Source of the DNA: Opitutaceae bacterium
GTDB lineage: Bacteria; Verrucomicrobiota; Verrucomicrobiia; Opitutales; Coraliomargaritaceae
Assembly (NCBI GenBank): GCA_051252375.1
Contig: JBPOFY010000001.1
Span: forward strand, 224,001-288,000
Direction of reading: 5' to 3'
DNA length: 64,000 nucleotides
Shown: positions 40,828 to 50,838 of the stretch, piece after piece
Layout of the letters: each line of letters opens with the position of its first letter
Position numbering within the stretch: position 1 is the first letter of the stretch
Position numbers and translations under genes: made by a program
Notes under the pieces: model-generated
Told to the model about the DNA's origin: nothing
The model's database searches: none
Seen by the model: only the letters and a program-made list of their open reading frames with translations

Positions 40828-42048
40828 CTAACGTATCATTCCCTCTGAGACGGGGTTTGTATTCCCCCCAGCCTTAACAAATTTGCTCAAATAGTCGAGC
40901 GCTTGAAAAACAGCAGGCAGCGGGTCGCTCAATACAAAATCATCATGCCTACAGTTTTTCTGTGGCGTGAGTGCTTCGAAAAATTCCTTGAAGCGCATTT
41001 TCCGAAGTGAATCTGCGGCTCCAAGCATATCGCCCAATATCCAACGCGCTTTCGCGTTGATGGCAGGAGGCGGGACATCAATCGACTCCACTCCAATCGC
41101 CGCCTGATACCAGAGCCATGGCATATCCATACCTGAAATGTAAGTTAACGCAGTGGCGCCTCCCAACCGACCGTTGATATCGATCAGCCGTGCCGTGCCG
41201 TTCTCATCTCTCAACCAGTCCATATCGACTACACCGTGCCAGTTGAGCGACTCCATCGCCTTAATCGCATCCCCCTTAATCGCAGGGTCATCAATGGTGA
41301 CACGAAAGGTAGACGTGCCGAAATTGTCAGCCCCCTTAGAGCGGACTATGTCAAATACAATGCTACTGAGATGTTTACCTCGATTGTAGACACCAAGCAC
41401 TCCAAGTTTCTTACCTGGCACGAATGCCTGAATTGTAGGCCAACGCTCAGGCGGTAATTTATATTCCTCAACCAACTTCAAGAACGCCGACTCCAAATCT
41501 TCTGAATGACGAACAATCGCCACTCCCTTAGCACTATTCCCAATCCGTGTCTTCACCACTACAGGGAAATCAAGCCGTTTCTGAAGAGATAGTAATTCTT
41601 CTTTCGAACCTACTTCGTAGGTGTCAGGCACAGGGCACCCTGCGGCAGCAACGTGCCTGACGTAATCCAGTTTGTCCTCAGCCGTATTCCAATCCCCATA
41701 TTCGGGGACGGCTACTTGAATACTCTCTGGCAATCGATCGCGATAGCGGATGACTGTTTCTACATCCTCGTGACACGGAAAAAGCACCGTCGCACCGCAT
41801 TGCTTCATCGCAGCGGCAAGTGCATCCATATAAGCAGATGGCTCTGCAAAAAAATCCGGTAGATGCGTGTAAGACTTTGTAAATTTCGAGAATCGCGACA
41901 TCGCCAACTTGGAATTATCGCCCACATGAACATCCACACCATGTGCACCAAGCGAGCGCACCACAGTGTAAGCCGTCCGGCACCACCCATAGGTGACGAA
42001 TGCCGATGGAAGTTGTTCTTTCGCGTTTTCTGGCATGCTATCTTTCAT
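40828..42048 (-). CDS. ATP-grasp carboxylate-amine ligase
   Basis: VRSLG, LFPCHE, FPVVVK, IQAFVPG and LIDINGRL; start uncertain (42048 or 42063). Confidence 0.75.
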   Translation of the reverse strand: MKDSMPENAKEQLPSAFVTYGWCRTAYTVVRSLGAHGVDVHVGDNSKLAMSRFSKFTKSYTHLPDFFAEPSAYMDALAAAMKQCGATVLFPCHEDVETVIRYRDRLPESIQVAVPEYGDWNTAEDKLDYVRHVAAAGCPVPDTYEVGSKEELLSLQKRLDFPVVVKTRIGNSAKGVAIVRHSEDLESAFLKLVEEYKLPPERWPTIQAFVPGKKLGVLGVYNRGKHLSSIVFDIVRSKGADNFGTSTFRVTIDDPAIKGDAIKAMESLNWHGVVDMDWLRDENGTARLIDINGRLGGATALTYISGMDMPWLWYQAAIGVESIDVPPPAINAKARWILGDMLGAADSLRKMRFKEFFEALTPQKNCRHDDFVLSDPLPAVFQALDYLSKFVKAGGNTNPVSEGMIR

Positions 42049-43249
42049 TTTTATTCGCACCATTTCTACTGAAGATATCCTTTATAAGGTCGACATACTG
42101 CCCAGTGCAATACGCCTCATCATAATAATCCTCTGCCAACTGACGACTACGCTGACGCATATCTAGTGCTCTCTGGGGATCCGAATGGAGTTCGCGAATC
42201 GCCTCAGCCATTTTTTCAGGCTTTCCCGGAGGAATGACATATCCGATTTCTGAATCTCGAACAGTCTGACCGAGAGCCGTTTCTTCCGAAGCAATTGCCA
42301 TGATCGCAGCACCCACACTAATCGATGTATAAAACTTACTAGGGAAACTGATACCCGCGTAAGGGGCATCTAAAGTCACAATATGGCAGTCGGCGGCCGC
42401 CAAAGATAATGGCACAGCCTCCAATGGTTGCCATGGAAGCAGCTTCACATTGGATGCTCCTAGTCGCTTCACTTCGGCTTCGATCTCATGCTGACGAGTT
42501 CCTTTACCGACCAGAAGCAGTAGAACATCCGGGAGATCGGAAAGCAGCTCTGCAGCTTTCAACATGGAGTCAATATCATGCGTTGCACCAAAGGCGCCGC
42601 TATACATCACCACGAATTTCCCGATGAGATCATGCTCTTGAGCGAAATGGTTGCTCTCCTTGGGCTCGGGGCAATACACCGTGGTATCCGCCCAATTGGG
42701 AATAATATGAAGCGGCATCTCATCATCAATGCCGTGTTCACGAAGACGTTCTGCCATATCGTCGGCAAGCGTAACTACAGCACTGGCATTTCGCATCGAA
42801 CAGGCGCTTAACCTCTCAAGCATCCGATAAATAAAAGACTGCGGCGACAAGCCGCCCATTCTGGCGAGGACGTCTGGATAAATGTCATACTGAATCAGCA
42901 GATATGGGCGATGCAATAAACGAGCAACCAGCCCCATCACCCAAGCGCAGAGCGGTGGGTTCGTTGTCACAACAACAAGATCCCAGCGTCGGGATAGGAT
43001 GAGCCAAAGAAAGCGCAAGGTGTAGACCGACCAAGTCCAAATACGTTTCCAGCCTGGGCTGCGTACAAACTCAATCGTATTGATATGCGTAAATTGCGGT
43101 TGCTGCCCTGCTTCCAACTCGCAGGCTCCTGCTAGCAAGCAGACATCTGCTTCGGGGAAATCTTTAGCGACCCGGTCACAGAGACTGCGAAATAGATAGG
43201 TCGTCGACTGATTACTCAGTAAAATCTTGGGTTGAGGCTTGTGTTCCAC
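42038..43249 (-). CDS. GT4 glycosyltransferase (WcaI-like)
   Basis: TNPP, DIYPD, IIPNWAD, MYSG and FPSKFY. Confidence 0.88.
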   Translation of the reverse strand: MEHKPQPKILLSNQSTTYLFRSLCDRVAKDFPEADVCLLAGACELEAGQQPQFTHINTIEFVRSPGWKRIWTWSVYTLRFLWLILSRRWDLVVVTTNPPLCAWVMGLVARLLHRPYLLIQYDIYPDVLARMGGLSPQSFIYRMLERLSACSMRNASAVVTLADDMAERLREHGIDDEMPLHIIPNWADTTVYCPEPKESNHFAQEHDLIGKFVVMYSGAFGATHDIDSMLKAAELLSDLPDVLLLLVGKGTRQHEIEAEVKRLGASNVKLLPWQPLEAVPLSLAAADCHIVTLDAPYAGISFPSKFYTSISVGAAIMAIASEETALGQTVRDSEIGYVIPPGKPEKMAEAIRELHSDPQRALDMRQRSRQLAEDYYDEAYCTGQYVDLIKDIFSRNGANKNER

Positions 43250-43258
43250 TCCGGCGAT

Positions 43259-44419
43259 TTAGATTTGGGCGTGCTTAGCAATGGCTTCTTCTCGCAAATC
43301 CCGCAAGGCCTTGGTGAAACCCTCTTCGTTACATTCATCTCGAACAAAGCTCCGACCACGCTCCCCCATCTGGAAACGTTCGTCATCATCGATCGCCAAA
43401 GCTTCCTTTAGAGCCGAAGCGGCTTCATCAATATCGTCGGTCTCTAGAAACCAACCACATTTATAGGGCGCAAGTTCAGGTGAGAGGTCGTTCCCAGGCG
43501 AAAGTAAAACCGGTGTGCCTGCGGCCAGACATTCGGCTGCGGTATGTCCAAAATTTTCGCGTGAGGAGAGTGAGATGTAAAGATCCGCGCCCAGTAAATA
43601 GCGTTCCTTTTCTTCACCGTAAATCGCACCCAGGGCATGCACGCGCTGCCCGACTCCAAGCTTTTCTGCGAGTTGCTGACATGCCTCCACACTGACGTCA
43701 TCCTCAGGTCCGACCAACACCAGATGAGCCTCGTCCTGCTCAGCAGCGGCAAAAGCCTGTATTGTTTCTAAAGGACGCTTCATCGTATGCAAACGACCAA
43801 AGAACAGCACTACTTTTGCATTCGCTGCGAGACCTAGACTTTCACGCATCCAAGCACGTGCAGATTGCTTGCCTTCCAGACTAATTAAATCGACCGGCCA
43901 ATGCACGACACGCGTATTGGCTCCCTCATAAAACCACTTGGCCTTCTCACGCTCACGCTCCGTCGAGAATATGACATGAGCGGCATCTCGTAGCAGCGGG
44001 CGCCCGAATACATTCAGCCAGATTCGCTTGACCCCCGCTCGGTAAGTGTAGACATGTGGATCCAGTTGCCCATGAGGAACAAACCAGTAAGGCACTCCAT
44101 GCGAGCGTGCCATTTTCCGAACCCAGTTCGCCTGATAGCGTAACATGATGTGGCACGACATTAAGTCTGCACATGAGGCAAGTTTCTCAGCCGAACCCCG
44201 AGCCGCCGGAGCGGCATAGGCATACCAATCAGCCAAACGCCCACGAGCCGTCGTAACGTGTGTGACTTCCGGGAATGCTTCTTTCTCCTCATCACTCTCG
44301 GATGGAGAAGTAAACGAAACAATCCTCCCGCTCAAAGCTGCAGCGAACTTTCGCATGGTTTTTGGAAAACCACCACTCCGAGGCAGAACCGCATTGCTAA
44401 CTAACAAAGTTTTCTTCAT
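43259..44419 (-). CDS. GT4 glycosyltransferase
   Basis: PHG, FFGRLHTMK and ENFGHTAAECLAAGTPV (Ex7E). Confidence 0.88.
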   Translation of the reverse strand: MKKTLLVSNAVLPRSGGFPKTMRKFAAALSGRIVSFTSPSESDEEKEAFPEVTHVTTARGRLADWYAYAAPAARGSAEKLASCADLMSCHIMLRYQANWVRKMARSHGVPYWFVPHGQLDPHVYTYRAGVKRIWLNVFGRPLLRDAAHVIFSTEREREKAKWFYEGANTRVVHWPVDLISLEGKQSARAWMRESLGLAANAKVVLFFGRLHTMKRPLETIQAFAAAEQDEAHLVLVGPEDDVSVEACQQLAEKLGVGQRVHALGAIYGEEKERYLLGADLYISLSSRENFGHTAAECLAAGTPVLLSPGNDLSPELAPYKCGWFLETDDIDEAASALKEALAIDDDERFQMGERGRSFVRDECNEEGFTKALRDLREEAIAKHAQI

Positions 44420-44440
44420 GTAACTAATTTACCGTCTCTG

Positions 44441-45355
44441 CTAGCTCCCTATGCTGGCGCTCTCTGGCCCTTTGGCAAAGAGCGGCATTTGCTTTCCAAG
44501 ATCGAAATCCTGTCCTCTCGGGAAAAAACGGACACGGCCTCCACCTGGATGAAAGGTCATTTCACTAAAGGTAATCCGATCGTCCCCGGAAACCATTAGG
44601 TCTACCCGAACGAAATCGAAGCCTTCAGCGAGGATACTCGCCAAGTCGAGGAGCTTGCTCAAACAGGCAGGCATATCCGATGGCGCTTTTGGTGCATTGT
44701 TAAATACACAATAATCGGCGATCTGGCCATCTGGCCGAAACACTTCATAACCTGAAGCCTCCGAACCGCGCGCCAAAGTCTGCACGAAAACCGGTTTGCC
44801 ATCAAAACACCAAAACTTGAACTCCCTGACCGATTCTAAAGGATCCAACAGTTCTTCCGCATAAACGCACCTCGGCGTCTTATCATAGATACATTCGTAT
44901 GTATGCGAAACCTCACTGTAAGGCTTAGACATCCAAGTCTTGGCCAATTCCACAAGCGTTGCCTCAGTCACATCCTGCTTAGAGCGGATAATTTGATTCA
45001 TCCCGCTACCGGCATTACACTTAAAGGCAAAAGCTTCAGGCAAATCATCCAAGCGAATCGCTTCAGGGTCCGTGTATCTCTGTATAATACTGGTGAAATA
45101 TGAGTCTCCGATCCGGCTCTCGACAAAGTCACGAACCGCCAACTTATCTATCAGCGTAGGAAAAGGGAACAATTTCTCATTCAGCTTACGGTGGCTGATG
45201 ATCTCGTTAAATGATCGTGGTGCTTCCAATTGCGGCCAATAACCCAGCCGTAAATAAAAAGTGACTGCCTCGAAGCTTCTCGCTGGGAGCACCTTCTTCA
45301 ATGCCGGACGCAGCAAAGATTCTAGGCGTCCACTAAATTTATGTAATGGAGGCAT
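44441..45355 (-). CDS. TupA-like ATP-grasp amidoligase
   Basis: PRSFNE, DKLAVR, KCNAGSG, EFKFWCFDG, FVRVDL and FSEMTFHP. Confidence 0.85.
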   Translation of the reverse strand: MPPLHKFSGRLESLLRPALKKVLPARSFEAVTFYLRLGYWPQLEAPRSFNEIISHRKLNEKLFPFPTLIDKLAVRDFVESRIGDSYFTSIIQRYTDPEAIRLDDLPEAFAFKCNAGSGMNQIIRSKQDVTEATLVELAKTWMSKPYSEVSHTYECIYDKTPRCVYAEELLDPLESVREFKFWCFDGKPVFVQTLARGSEASGYEVFRPDGQIADYCVFNNAPKAPSDMPACLSKLLDLASILAEGFDFVRVDLMVSGDDRITFSEMTFHPGGGRVRFFPRGQDFDLGKQMPLFAKGPESASIGS

Positions 45356-45360
45356 CGGTA

Positions 45361-46161
45361 TTAATACTCGCGCTTATCCAAGCCACGTGCGTGCACAGCA
45401 CGAACTAGGCGGCTGTCCAAATTACTGAAGTTTCGATCGACTGTAGAAATCAATTTGTAGAGAAGACGTCGATACTTAGGCTTGCCCTCCCAGTAAGCGG
45501 CACGAATGCGTGGCCCCTCCGTCGACATTTCGCCCTTCCGCGACTGCGAAAGCTGCGAAGCCAATAAACGGAATGCACCGACTGATTTATCTGTGAATTT
45601 CTTAAAATGAAAGCCTTCCACAACCGCACGGAAGAAGAAGTCGTAATCCGCACAAAAACGATAGGTAGTATCAAAACCACCTAGCCGCTCGAGCACTCTT
45701 CGGTGAAACCAAACACCTTGCTGCAAAATACCGCAATAGCACGGCATGTGCATGCGCAATAAGCTGGGACGGGCGCTGCGCCAGTAAAAGAGAAAACGAT
45801 TCACCTCATCGACATAATCAAGGTTACCGTAGAGCACATCGTCTCCCTCGCCTGCATTCTCCAACATTTCGACAGCCGTATCTGCATAGAGCAAATCGTC
45901 GCTATTAATGTAGGTCAGCCATTCACCTGTGGCCTCCTCTAATCCTGCATTGATTGCCGCATACATGTTCCCCGGGGGGCAATAGATGACCTTGGCACCT
46001 GCGGCTTCAGCGATTGCTTGAGTGCCATCCTCAGAACCGCTGTCGACGACAAGATATTCGGCACCCGCATCCAGAAGTGGCTGCAAGGATGCAATCGTCG
46101 CCGGCAAGGTCGCGGCGGAATTCCAAGCTGGCGTAATAATTGAGAGTTTCTTCATTTTCAC
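45361..46161 (-). CDS. GT2 glycosyltransferase (WcaE-like)
   Basis: SIITPAWN, VDSGSEDGT, MYAAIN, INSDD and ADYD. Confidence 0.88.
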   Translation of the reverse strand: MKMKKLSIITPAWNSAATLPATIASLQPLLDAGAEYLVVDSGSEDGTQAIAEAAGAKVIYCPPGNMYAAINAGLEEATGEWLTYINSDDLLYADTAVEMLENAGEGDDVLYGNLDYVDEVNRFLFYWRSARPSLLRMHMPCYCGILQQGVWFHRRVLERLGGFDTTYRFCADYDFFFRAVVEGFHFKKFTDKSVGAFRLLASQLSQSRKGEMSTEGPRIRAAYWEGKPKYRRLLYKLISTVDRNFSNLDSRLVRAVHARGLDKREY

Positions 46162-46997
46162 GACTTGCGTCTCAAAGCACGGAACACTTTACGCGTGCCT
46201 CCACGCAAGGTGTAGATAAATCGACCATATCTAGAATTAGCCTTTTGGAATCGGGATACTGCATCGGGATCCTCCTCAAGAGATGCATCAAGCTGCTTCT
46301 GAAATCGTTCTTGAAGATATTCGTAAAGTTCCATGTCCCATGTGTTGGCCTCACGCACGGCTTCTTTATCCTCGTCAGTCAAAACAGGTCCGGCTCCTTT
46401 ACTCTGATTACGACGTATATAGTAGGGAGCCGACATCCCATAGAGCTTGGAGAAAATGGCCAACGATGCATCGTAATTTTCAGTCAAGCCCACGGAGGGA
46501 AAGTGAGTTTCAACATTTTCTTTAGCAAATTCCAGATGCTGCGGACCGACTGGTTCACTCTCATCAATCTGTTCCGGATAGCAGAAATAACGAACCATTT
46601 CATTATGAGTCTCATTCGTGCATCCCGATCGAACAAACGCCGCAATCGACCCTGCCTCTTTCAACTTTGGATTCAAAGTATGATACTCGCGCTCACGAAT
46701 AAACCGACAGAGCGAAAGCACCCGCTTAACCGGCTGCCTAACAAATCCGTAATACGAACTTTCTTCCGGCAACAAGCGATGCACGCCAAAAGGCATATGC
46801 CCCAAGATGAGACGATATCGCTTCCGCTCTTCTTCACTCAGCCCCGCGATGAAGTCGATTCGTTCTTGATTGGTCTCCACGTAGTCCATCCGAAAGACCT
46901 CGCGCTCGGGAAAATACACCGCCAACGAGGAAGAGAAGACACTTCCAGCAGCCTTTGGTATGTGATGAAATATTAGGGTAGATTGGTGCTGACTCAT
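46158..46997 (-). CDS. Sulfotransferase (family 2 type)
   Basis: 5'-PSB HHIPKAAGS, 3'-PB RQPVKRVLS, VGLTE and DMELY; ATGA overlap with wzy. Confidence 0.8.
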   Translation of the reverse strand: MSQHQSTLIFHHIPKAAGSVFSSSLAVYFPEREVFRMDYVETNQERIDFIAGLSEEERKRYRLILGHMPFGVHRLLPEESSYYGFVRQPVKRVLSLCRFIREREYHTLNPKLKEAGSIAAFVRSGCTNETHNEMVRYFCYPEQIDESEPVGPQHLEFAKENVETHFPSVGLTENYDASLAIFSKLYGMSAPYYIRRNQSKGAGPVLTDEDKEAVREANTWDMELYEYLQERFQKQLDASLEEDPDAVSRFQKANSRYGRFIYTLRGGTRKVFRALRRKS

Positions 46998-48322
46998 CTT
47001 CGATATGGTGACGGCATGGCACGAGGCGTCCCGCGAGGACCAGGCATACCAGGAGGCTTGGGGCGAACGCCTTCTCCCAGGCAATAGCGCTCGCTTAGTA
47101 GAAAAATTTCAGGAGCAAAGAGAGCGATACCCAGCACGAATGTACTGGGGACATTACTCCAAACTGGTGCATACATTAGCTGCAAGCCTATAAATAAGGG
47201 GAAAAACAAAGCGGAGAGACGGTGCGGGAAACCACGCTTCAATACTAGATAAATCACGTTCGCAGAAAGGGACACAAATACGAATAAGGCAAGTAGGAGG
47301 CCTCCTTTGAAAATTAAGTTTACCCAACCGATATGAATAACGTGCATGGAAATCACATTAAAACTGAATCCGCCGATTCCGGCTCCGATTATCCAGTCCA
47401 ATGCGCTCGCATTCGATAAATAACCTGACGCCTCTGAAAAGCGGTCAAATCCAGCTAACCCGCTATCACCCAGCGTACGGAAGCGCTCAATCAGACGTGA
47501 GAACATGGCCACGGCTGCACCGCTTTTCGCCATGTAAGCCCCACCAACAACGCCCAAAACAACAAAACCTGATAGCATGTATTTACGAATGCGGTGTAGA
47601 TTCTTCCCCACCAGCAAGATGAATAAAAGGGCGGCCACGACGATGGCGAACTCCGCCAAGCCTTGCCGCTTGGAATAGATCAGTGAGGCGTAAGCCCAGA
47701 ACATCATACCCGCCGCACAACCGAAGCTCAGCCACACAGAACGAGCCGTGCTTAGAAATAGTATAATTATGTAAGCAGCGGTAACGCCGATCGCCATCTG
47801 ATAGGAATAGAGGAGCACTGTCCCGACATCCACAAAAGCTTGCTTACGGTTCTCGGCCATGACTACATATGTTGTATCGATCTTGAAAATAGTATACACC
47901 GCTATCAGCAAAAAAAACAGGAAGATGCCACCAAAGATCTTGCGCTGGCGTAATGTAAAGAAGCCGATCGCGGGCGCAGATAGAATGAAAGTGATCGGCA
48001 CCAAATCCTTCACCACCGGCCCCATAAACTGACTCGTATAGGTAAAGAGAATCTCGTAATTCGCCACAAGCATCAGTGGAATCATTACAAGCATACCTAT
48101 AATCTTAAACCGGGTCATCGGTAAGCTCGGTATCTTATCCTTACAATTGACCCAAACGAAAACAGTGCAGGCCATAAGGGACAAGAGCGCCAAGACCTGA
48201 AGCTGATTATGAAAGCCCCTCAGGATCAATTCGGCACGAGATAAATAGGCAACCCAACCAAGATAGAACCCTGCTGTGTAGGATACAAATATTCGGTTTT
48301 CTGGTGTTCGAAGATATCCCAT
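46994..48322 (-). CDS. wzy: Wzy-like polysaccharide polymerase
   Basis: Polytopic membrane protein; SKR, IGAGIG and HIGW...GG loop pattern; lies in a Wzx-containing locus. Confidence 0.65.
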   Translation of the reverse strand: MGYLRTPENRIFVSYTAGFYLGWVAYLSRAELILRGFHNQLQVLALLSLMACTVFVWVNCKDKIPSLPMTRFKIIGMLVMIPLMLVANYEILFTYTSQFMGPVVKDLVPITFILSAPAIGFFTLRQRKIFGGIFLFFLLIAVYTIFKIDTTYVVMAENRKQAFVDVGTVLLYSYQMAIGVTAAYIIILFLSTARSVWLSFGCAAGMMFWAYASLIYSKRQGLAEFAIVVAALLFILLVGKNLHRIRKYMLSGFVVLGVVGGAYMAKSGAAVAMFSRLIERFRTLGDSGLAGFDRFSEASGYLSNASALDWIIGAGIGGFSFNVISMHVIHIGWVNLIFKGGLLLALFVFVSLSANVIYLVLKRGFPHRLSALFFPLFIGLQLMYAPVWSNVPSTFVLGIALFAPEIFLLSERYCLGEGVRPKPPGMPGPRGTPRAMPSPYRR

Positions 48323-48361
48323 ATTATGAAGCAATAAAAATTGTTGTTTTAATCTGTATGA

Positions 48362-49792
48362 TCATGACACACAGCTTTCGATATAGTTTGCGAATGCTTC
48401 AGCATTTGCCGGGCTGTCATCAAATATATCCTGCCCAAACTCAGAACTAAACCGAACTTTACCAGCAATACCAACGAAATTTCCCCGCACCCAATCGCAC
48501 CAAGCGGGATCATCTCCTAGAATCAAGTGTTCAGCTGTATCCTCTCGTTCGAAATCCATCTCGGATAGTTTATCCAGAATCGATTGTCCACAAGCCGTGG
48601 CCATGCTATGAAAAGGAGGATTGCCAAAGCAAAATGCGGCCTTCCCTCGCAAACGCGCCTCAATTGTAACGGTCCCACCTAAAGAAACGACCGCCTGAGA
48701 TTTCCGAATCAATGTCACGGACGACACAGCCGTCGAGCAAAGTCGAACATTCGGGAAACGCTTGATCTTCTCGTAATAACCACGTGGCCGCTTGTTAAGC
48801 ATTTTGGGGTTTTCTTTGACGAGCAGAGTAACGCCTACTGGCAATGATTCGGCGACCAATCGACATGCTTCTATTTGATCACGCTGACGAGGACTATACA
48901 TGAGTATCGTCGCTTCTGGTTCCATATGCAAAGCAAGGAAAACACAAGGCCCGGAAACCTCTTGTAGCTCCCCATCATCATGTATATCCCAAGGGTCCTC
49001 GTTCCGCATACGCTCACGCCAAGCTTTAAAACGCCAACAAACTGCATTTTGCCACCAATTCATCTGTAACCCGGCGAAATATGATCCCATCCGATGATCC
49101 CGCTTTCCATGTGCAGCACGACGACGCGCCAGATTGATACGTTCAGAAAATGCAAGATTTCGATCCATCTTCAGAGGCTTCATATATGAGATCCGCTGCT
49201 CGGGCGGCATATCCAATTCCTTAACCGCCGTTTCATAGAGTTCTCCACTGTCCTCACTGCTCTTTCGATTAATCCAAGGTTCATCAGGCCTACGCAAGGC
49301 AAGCACTCGCCCTCCGGGAACTCCACATCCCACGAAAGCAAAATGCGCCCCACCTTTTTCGAAGGTCAGCATCCCTGCAGCCAAGTAGACAAAATGATCA
49401 TACATCGAGCTGATGCTAAGCGTTTGAGGCTCTATCAGTTCATCCAGCACAGTCAGATGCTGCTGCATGAATAAATATGCATTATCAGGCGCCTCTGGGA
49501 GAAAGCGCTCCATCTGAAGCATCGCATTCAAACCCATATATGTTTGGCGGCAGAATGCATCCAGCTCCTTAACACGACTCTCAGAAATCAATTTTTGGCG
49601 GGATTGCTGCAATGCCTCTGGGATGTAAAGCGTCTGGTATCCCTGTGCTTCGATATACTCGATTGCTTGCGAGAAAAACGACACAAAGACAATAGGCACA
49701 TCACCAAAACGCTCTACGAACTTACGCGCCAACTCAATGTGGAAATGCGCCTCTACTGGACGCGTATAGAAAATTATCTTTTTAGGGGTCAT
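48362..49792 (-). CDS. KpsS/Capsule_synth-like glycosyltransferase, probable nonulosonate transferase
   Basis: LALHMEPEAT, LVKENP and GTVTIEA; ATGA-coupled to pseI. Confidence 0.65.
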   Translation of the reverse strand: MTPKKIIFYTRPVEAHFHIELARKFVERFGDVPIVFVSFFSQAIEYIEAQGYQTLYIPEALQQSRQKLISESRVKELDAFCRQTYMGLNAMLQMERFLPEAPDNAYLFMQQHLTVLDELIEPQTLSISSMYDHFVYLAAGMLTFEKGGAHFAFVGCGVPGGRVLALRRPDEPWINRKSSEDSGELYETAVKELDMPPEQRISYMKPLKMDRNLAFSERINLARRRAAHGKRDHRMGSYFAGLQMNWWQNAVCWRFKAWRERMRNEDPWDIHDDGELQEVSGPCVFLALHMEPEATILMYSPRQRDQIEACRLVAESLPVGVTLLVKENPKMLNKRPRGYYEKIKRFPNVRLCSTAVSSVTLIRKSQAVVSLGGTVTIEARLRGKAAFCFGNPPFHSMATACGQSILDKLSEMDFEREDTAEHLILGDDPAWCDWVRGNFVGIAGKVRFSSEFGQDIFDDSPANAEAFANYIESCVS

Positions 49793-50838
49793 TTCAAAAG
49801 GTCCCAATTAACCGCGGTGCCGGCACAGACTGAACCAGTGGTTTTCTTACCTAGAACTTCAGAAAGAAATTTAGGCGCTAGCCCGTATCCTGGTCGGATC
49901 GAACGAACATGCTCACTGGAAACAACTTCTCCAGCAGACATATCTTTTACGAAGTAAAGGGAGCGCCGAAACTTGACGTTGCCGGATTCACTGGACTTAC
50001 GCCCGTAGTCGATTGCGCCAAGGGCTTTCCACGCGGTTCTGGAATCGGCAACCAATGCCGAGAGTTCGGTCGGCTCCAAAGAAAAACTATCGTCCGGACC
50101 ACCACCCGAGCGATCCAGAGTGAAGTGTTTTTCAATAATTGAAGCACCCATAACAACGGAGGCAATCGCAGTGGTATTGTCGAGAGTGTGATCGGAAAGT
50201 CCGGTCACCAGTCCATAGCGCGCGATAATGTCTGGGATCGTCCGCAAATTATAATCTTCTGCAGGAGCTGGATATCCGCTGACACAATGCAAGACTGCCA
50301 GCTCTTTACACCCCGCATCTTGTGCGGCGGCAACCGCCTCTTCAATCTCCTCAACGTCGGCCATACCTGTCGAGATGATCAGCGGTTTCCCCGTCGAGGC
50401 AGCATAGCGAATCAATGCGAGATCCACTGCCTCAAAGGAAGCAATTTTGTAAGCCGGCGCACCGAGATCCTCAAGTAAATCGACTGCAGTCGTATCGAAT
50501 GGAGAACTGAAAATAGTCATTCCCCGCTTTCTCGCGTGTTCAAACAATTCTCCATGCCATTCCCACGGGGTGTGTGCCCACTCGTATAATTCGTAAAGCG
50601 TTCGACCTTCCCATAGCCCATCGTCGATGCGGAAATCCGGTTGATCTGAATCGATCGTCAACGTATCGGCACGGTAAGTCTGAATCTTGAGCGCGTCCGC
50701 GCCGGCTTTCGTTGCTTCATCAATGATTCGTTTAGCTACCTCGATACTGCCGTTGTGGTTGGCGGACATCTCTGCGATCACGTATGGAGGGTGGTCGGCG
50801 CCGATCTTACGATCTGCGATCTGAATAGTTGGGCTCAT
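49789..50838 (-). CDS. pseI: Pseudaminic acid synthase (NeuB family)
   Basis: IAEMSANHNG, HTPWEWH, YKIASFE, GLSDHT, EKHFT, GGPDDSFSLEP, FRRSLY and RPGYG. Confidence 0.92.
   Translation of the reverse strand: MSPTIQIADRKIGADHPPYVIAEMSANHNGSIEVAKRIIDEATKAGADALKIQTYRADTLTIDSDQPDFRIDDGLWEGRTLYELYEWAHTPWEWHGELFEHARKRGMTIFSSPFDTTAVDLLEDLGAPAYKIASFEAVDLALIRYAASTGKPLIISTGMADVEEIEEAVAAAQDAGCKELAVLHCVSGYPAPAEDYNLRTIPDIIARYGLVTGLSDHTLDNTTAIASVVMGASIIEKHFTLDRSGGGPDDSFSLEPTELSALVADSRTAWKALGAIDYGRKSSESGNVKFRRSLYFVKDMSAGEVVSSEHVRSIRPGYGLAPKFLSEVLGKKTTGSVCAGTAVNWDLLK

Noticed and set aside
46140..46976. 278-aa ORF antisense to the sulfotransferase, and other long antisense ORFs such as 29511-30257 and 50874-51482
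   Set aside because: They lie essentially wholly opposite motif-bearing genes and have no features of their own.
47910..47917. 8-nt homopolymer in wzy (and T8 at 57601-57608) as phase-variation tracts
   Set aside because: Short A/T runs; the wzy frame is intact and there is no evidence of slippage.
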